Shown in pieces: positions 59,152 to 64,000 of a stretch of DNA of 64,000 nucleotides. A program made the translations under genes and the position numbers. Numbering within the stretch: position 1 is the stretch's first letter; each line of letters opens with the position of its first letter. Below the pieces are notes generated by a model. The model was not told the origin of the DNA. It saw nothing but the letters and a program-made list of their open reading frames with translations, and did not search any database. The stretch is from Patellaria atrata CBS 101060 (lineage: Eukaryota). Where the stretch lies: contig MU006097.1 of the NCBI GenBank assembly GCA_010093705.1, positions 906,715-970,714 of the forward strand, in the 5' to 3' direction.

Positions 59152-60347
59152 ATGGACAATCAACCCGATATGGCAGATTCGGGCGAACGCAGCTCCGATT
59201 CGATGCAAGAACCAAATTGGGCCGCTGTTAGTTGATGTAGCCTCCCATTCGCATTTTATTGGTCGTTAACATACGTTGAGGTATAGATCTTCAAGTCGCA
59301 CATTGCGCATCTAGAAAGGCATAATACTCTATTCGGCCAAGTCGCCATGAAAGCAGAACAATCTCTGTCCAACGCTTCACCTTTCCCTACGAGTTTCATT
59401 ATCGAAGTTCAGGAGATGAGGCGGAGAGCGACCGACTTTATAAATATAGCTAAGGAATTTCAGCGCTTTGTAAGTAAAGATCGGTTCTTAGCCTCATGAT
59501 AGTTCAGGAACTGATATTGTCGGTATAGGGCTCACACCTTCAGAGTAAGCTATCCATTAAGGAGCAACATCGCGCAACGGGAGCAGCACCGACATCGGGG
59601 CCAGCGACATTCAACAAGCCGAGCTTACAATCTGAAGCGCAAGAGGCACAAGGAGAAGCGGCCCCTGAACGTGTTACCGGGGATGCTCCACCTACTGCTG
59701 AAGATGTTGATAAGTCATCAGGCATGAACAATGGGCAAACAACCCAAGACACAAATTCCGAGGGACATGGCGATGCAGAAGTTCACGAATGTATAAAGCG
59801 GAGAGCTGCGGAAAATGTCTCACTCTGCGCTAAAAAGAAGCATAAGCCTATTACTGAAGGTCAATTTCAAATGCACAATTCCAGCTCAAGTCCAGACGAC
59901 AGAACTATTAACCATAAAATGAACACAACCAAAGCACAAAAGGCCCCTCCCAGACAAACCCAATCCGAGCAATTGCCCTCCACACATACCCCTCAAGCGG
60001 ACATCGAGTTCGAAGACATCTCCGCAGAAGTAGAAGCCCGCCTACGCGCGAAAGAAGAAGAGCGGAGAATTAAAATTAAAACCCACCGAAAAAGGAGAAG
60101 AAGCAGTATCGACTCAGCTGGAACCGTTGGAGACGGCCTAGAACAGTTGAGCGTCCGGGAGAGAAAGAGAGCGAGGATGAAAGGGGCATTTGAGGGGCAA
60201 AATGGGAGACCGCAGAGGTCGAGGAGCGCTTCTGTAGCCGAGAGCGGGAGCGGCCCTGGCGATAGGCCCGCACCAGCTAGATCGAAACGGGGCAATGAGT
60301 TGGATGAGGGAGGGGAGTGTAGGAGGAGTAAGAGGGTGAAAGCTTGA
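59152..60347 (+). CDS. Hypothetical basic, probably nuclear protein; exons 59152-59226, 59287-59469, 59529-60347
   Basis: Two phase-0 introns (GTTAGT...TAG, GTAAGT...TAG) link an ATG in frame to the 59724 ORF; contains IEFEDISAEVEARLRAKEEERR...RKRRRSSIDS. Confidence 0.7.
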
Positions 60348-60972
60348 GTGTGTACGAAGTTTGTACACGTTGAGCATATTTTGGATAGTGCTTGAAAGTC
60401 TGGTGATGCGCCGGGCCAGATGCACATGGTCTCTATCTACTTCTTCTCTCCCGCTAGGTCGACACTTCTCGGTCACTTCGCGGTTTCTGTGCGCCGCCGG
60501 CGCGCCGTCGCTTCTGAAGAGATAACTAGCACTTCATGAAATGTACTGTACAGTGTACGTATTGCACAGCATGGAGTGGTCCGTACAGTTTAGTACACGA
60601 CGTGCAGCAGCGTCAGAGGTCTTTCAAGCGCACTCGTACAGTAGACCAAGGCTACGATGATGGGGGAGTAGAGCAGTGTTTCAGGAGACTTGAAAGTAAC
60701 CTTAAATGTCCAGTATGGTGATTTCGCGTCTTAATTTGATCCCCGGTCGTGATGCGTGAGCTCGTGACTTCGTGTTCCCGCACTTACTCTTAAGCTCTGC
60801 CGCGCAAAAGATTCTCATGAGCTCATCGATCAATAGTGCAACATCGACATTATTTTAGCATGCGTTGCGCACTTGAATAAAATCGATGAGTTAGATTAAT
60901 TAACCATACGTTCACGGTACAAGCTTCTCAGACCGCTCTCCTCACCTGACAAACCTTCCCGCAACCCACAAA

Positions 60973-61581
60973 ATGTCCACCACCACCACCTCTCCCCCTT
61001 CGCAAACCCCCTCGCAACCCCAGTCAACGACTCCGCAACGCCCATCTACCCTCCCGCACAACGTCTCTCTAGCGCTCTTAATCCTCTGTCCGACAATCGC
61101 GCTCCTCCCACCCAGAAAGCTAGACCTCTACACCTTTTCCCTATCCGGCATATGGCTGCTCTCCGCGAACCACTTGACGAAGGACTACACGCATCGGTCC
61201 ATATTGCAGCATCTCTCTAGGACCGGGAGGGGTGCTAATGCTGATGGTAGAGGTGGAATGGGGATGGGGATACTGGATGGGCTGCCGACGGAGAGGGCGA
61301 GGGAGGTGCAGAGGGTGCAGATGAGGGCGAAGGAGGAAAGGGAAAAGGCATTGAGGGAGTTGGGCGAGGGACAGGAGAAGAAAGAAGACGGGGTGCTGGA
61401 GAAGATATGGATGGGCGGGGAAAAGAAGGGATGGAGGGAGAGACGGTTAGAGGAGGAGAGGAAGGCAATTGAGGAGGGGAGGGGGTATGGGAGCTTGATA
61501 ATGGAGCAAATTTGGGAGGTGTTCGAGGGGAAAGGGGGAATAGAAGGTGGGAAGGATGAAGAGGATAAAAATGAGCGGTAA
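60973..61581 (+). CDS. Conserved small fungal membrane protein of unknown function
   Basis: Hydrophobic LALLILCPTIALLPPRKLDLYTFSL segment; LPTERA, KIWMGGEKKGWRERRLEEE and GYGSLIMEQIWEV motifs; start context CAAAATG. Confidence 0.78.
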   Translation: MSTTTTSPPSQTPSQPQSTTPQRPSTLPHNVSLALLILCPTIALLPPRKLDLYTFSLSGIWLLSANHLTKDYTHRSILQHLSRTGRGANADGRGGMGMGILDGLPTERAREVQRVQMRAKEEREKALRELGEGQEKKEDGVLEKIWMGGEKKGWRERRLEEERKAIEEGRGYGSLIMEQIWEVFEGKGGIEGGKDEEDKNER

Positions 61582-62065
61582 TGGAGGCTGTGTCGATAAC
61601 TGTGGGAAGTAAGAGCATAGCGTATATACGGCGTTTGGAAGGTATCTGGCTTTGCGTCGACAATCAGGTGTCAGCTATGCTGGCTTTTCATGGAAAAGTG
61701 CATTTATGGTATATCTGACTTCTTGAGGCTTTCTACTGTGGTATGTGGAGCGAACCGTAATATTCATAATCAGGGGCTGACTATAATATGGCGAGATCAA
61801 CATAGACCTACACTGAAATTGAGACCCTCTACTCAAAGGCAAATTCATCACGCGTCAGTATTGCGCTAGTACCCTCTAATAGAGTTATCTCGCTGGAGGT
61901 TTGTCATGTTTCAAACCATGTGCTCAGCCGCTATGCATATAAACCATCCACATAACACGCCACGTATTTCTATTTGCCTCAATCGCTCCAAAACAAAGAC
62001 AACGGCCCAAGGTCTCCCCGGGCGATCTTCCATAAAGATCTCCTGTGTAACCGTTCTTATCAGTA

Positions 62066-63503
62066 ATGGCAGCTGACCTCTTTCCGCAAAGCTTCGTTTT
62101 TGAAATGTCAGAACCAATGTTAGACGACGAGGAGCTCGAACGCATCTTGACCCAACATCTACACGAAAAAACATCCTTCAATGAAACAGACAAGGCGCTG
62201 GAAGAGGACAGTCACGTTCCCTCTACAACAGAGTCGTCGGCTCTGATTCCATATGACGGCATATCGACCGATCCAAGCTGCTGTCCTGTCACGAGAACAG
62301 AGTCCCTCCCCGATGAAGTCCCAGCGTTTAATCCATCCCAGGGTTTCGAAAACCTAGTCCGCCGACCATCAACGGCGGTTCCAGTCATGAGTACCGAACC
62401 CCTATTCACCGAGCTAACTCTTGCCGGCTCAACAGACGACATACTCCTCCCGATTACACCAACCCTCTTTTCATATGAGTACAATCCAGGGAGTCCCTTA
62501 CTAGGAAATATTGACCGGAACCTGTACTCTCCACCACCACCACCACCACCACCACCCTTTCACGACCAGTTCTCCCGTCGACGATCCCGAAGTGAGCCAC
62601 CGGGAGAAATCACCTTCCACCGCAATGGCTCATATATTGGGCAAAAGGCGGCCTCAAGACAAGCATTTCCTTTGCCGGCGAGGGAACCTAGGGGTTACAG
62701 ACGACAACCGTATACGGCCTCTCCGAGAACGCCTATAAGTAAGAGGCCGACGAAGTGGAATAGGAAGGTGGAGACATGGATGGGCCCGACCAGCCGGCCC
62801 AGGTCGGCCGCACCTTCACCGTGCACGGTTTTAGGGGAATTGGCGTCACCGTTTAGTACGCCTTTGATGAGTCATCGGGAAGTGAATGAGGTTACACCGA
62901 TGGAGAATGTCATGGAAGCTCCTCCGCAACAACTTATGCAAGAACGACTGGCTAGTCACAAGGAAGCAAGCGCTGTGTTAGGCATGTATCTGGAGAGGGT
63001 GACGAGGGATCTCGACGCCGTGAAGCATTACCTTAATAAGGGATTTGGCTTCACCGAAGGACCTATGGGAGAGGTTGAGAGGTACGTAACTTCATCCATC
63101 ATACCACAGCGGTATCGATGTGGTTGTAATTATCCCTATCGATCGCTATGACTAAAATACCGTCACAGACTCCGCTCAGAAGCTCGGGCAGCGAACGGCA
63201 CCATCACCCACATTCAAGAGACCCTCCAGATCCTCCCCCGCGCCCCTGAAAATGTAGTCAGCGATGATAACCTTCGGTTCGGGCTCCCGAAGAACGGAGC
63301 CGAGATCAGGACTTTGGATCGTATGTTTACCTTCATATGATAGTGTGCGGTGGGTGCTAATTGGGCTAGATCATGTCATCAATAGCTTGTTGCAGCTGTA
63401 CGATATTCCATTTTCCTATGATATGTTGTTGCCGACGAAGAAGGAGCTGTATTTACGGTTTATTGGGGCCAACGATGCGCTGGTACATAGCATCTTGGAT
63501 TGA
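62066..63503 (+). CDS. Hypothetical protein with a coiled coil and a Mug135-like C-terminal domain; exons 62066-63081, 63169-63320, 63370-63503
   Basis: Introns 63082-63168 and 63321-63369 extend the ORF to FGLPKNGAEIRTLDHHVINSLLQLYDIP...TKKELYLRFIGA. The domain assignment is inference. Confidence 0.65.
62531..62556 (+). repeat. (CCA)n microsatellite encoding poly-Pro
   Basis: ccaccaccaccaccaccaccaccacc. Confidence 0.9.
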
Positions 63504-64000
63504 GGGGGCGGGAGAATAAGATGGCTTCAGGAAGATATATGTTTGAATGATACAAGCAGTTTAGGAGATAAAGATGATGGCAGTTTTCGACAGTGGGCAA
63601 CCGGGGAACAGACACGGAAGTCTGAGCTTGTCCTTCCGCATAGGCGCAGCTCTCTTGTAGGGGATCAGGAAAATAATGATCATTATGTCCTTATTGCCGT
63701 TAAGTTTTACTTCATCCCACCATTCCGCTCATCGTGCTAGCGTCTCTTCCTTTGTCCTAGTGCTCCTGACTCATTGTACTCTGACTTCACTACCGTTTCC
63801 CCCGATCTGTAACCAAACAGGAATCTCCTACGGTGCGAACATTTACTATACCCGCATATAAGGCGCAGTACAGGTGGTATAGCACCGTAGACCCTTCATG
63901 AACTTCAAATTGAGACAGACATAGAAGCTAACTCAGCCCGAACACAACACGAGAATCTCCCCTCACGATTCTCGGGGTGGAAAATCTATACGGAGAGGCG

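Overview
Gene-dense eukaryotic DNA from a filamentous ascomycete (Pezizomycotina; short GT-AG introns with CTRAY branch points; possibly a melanised Dothideomycete, which is inference only). About 24 protein-coding genes were reconstructed exon by exon by eye. Most are conserved housekeeping genes: EDC3, PIF1, PUB1, AMS2-type GATA factor, SMD2, DAK1, SNF4, PTC1, VPS2/DID4, FZO1, a tetrahydroxynaphthalene reductase, SurE, YBP1, AEP2, LSM3 and a Clb3/4-type cyclin. There are also a Zn2Cys6 protein, a transglutaminase-like protein and several hypothetical proteins. The first ~1.9 kb looks accessory: the 3' end of an NLR-type TPR gene followed by degenerate, RIP-like DNA. I found no tRNA, rRNA, CRISPR array or intact transposon, and I cannot support a clearly new multi-gene system. 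The best leads are RNA-level features (an intron in the SNF4 3' UTR, a folded intron in a putative Med2-like gene, a long U-rich PUB1 intron, dual start codons in PIF1) and a few poorly characterised proteins. All homology calls come from motif recognition; no database searches were run.
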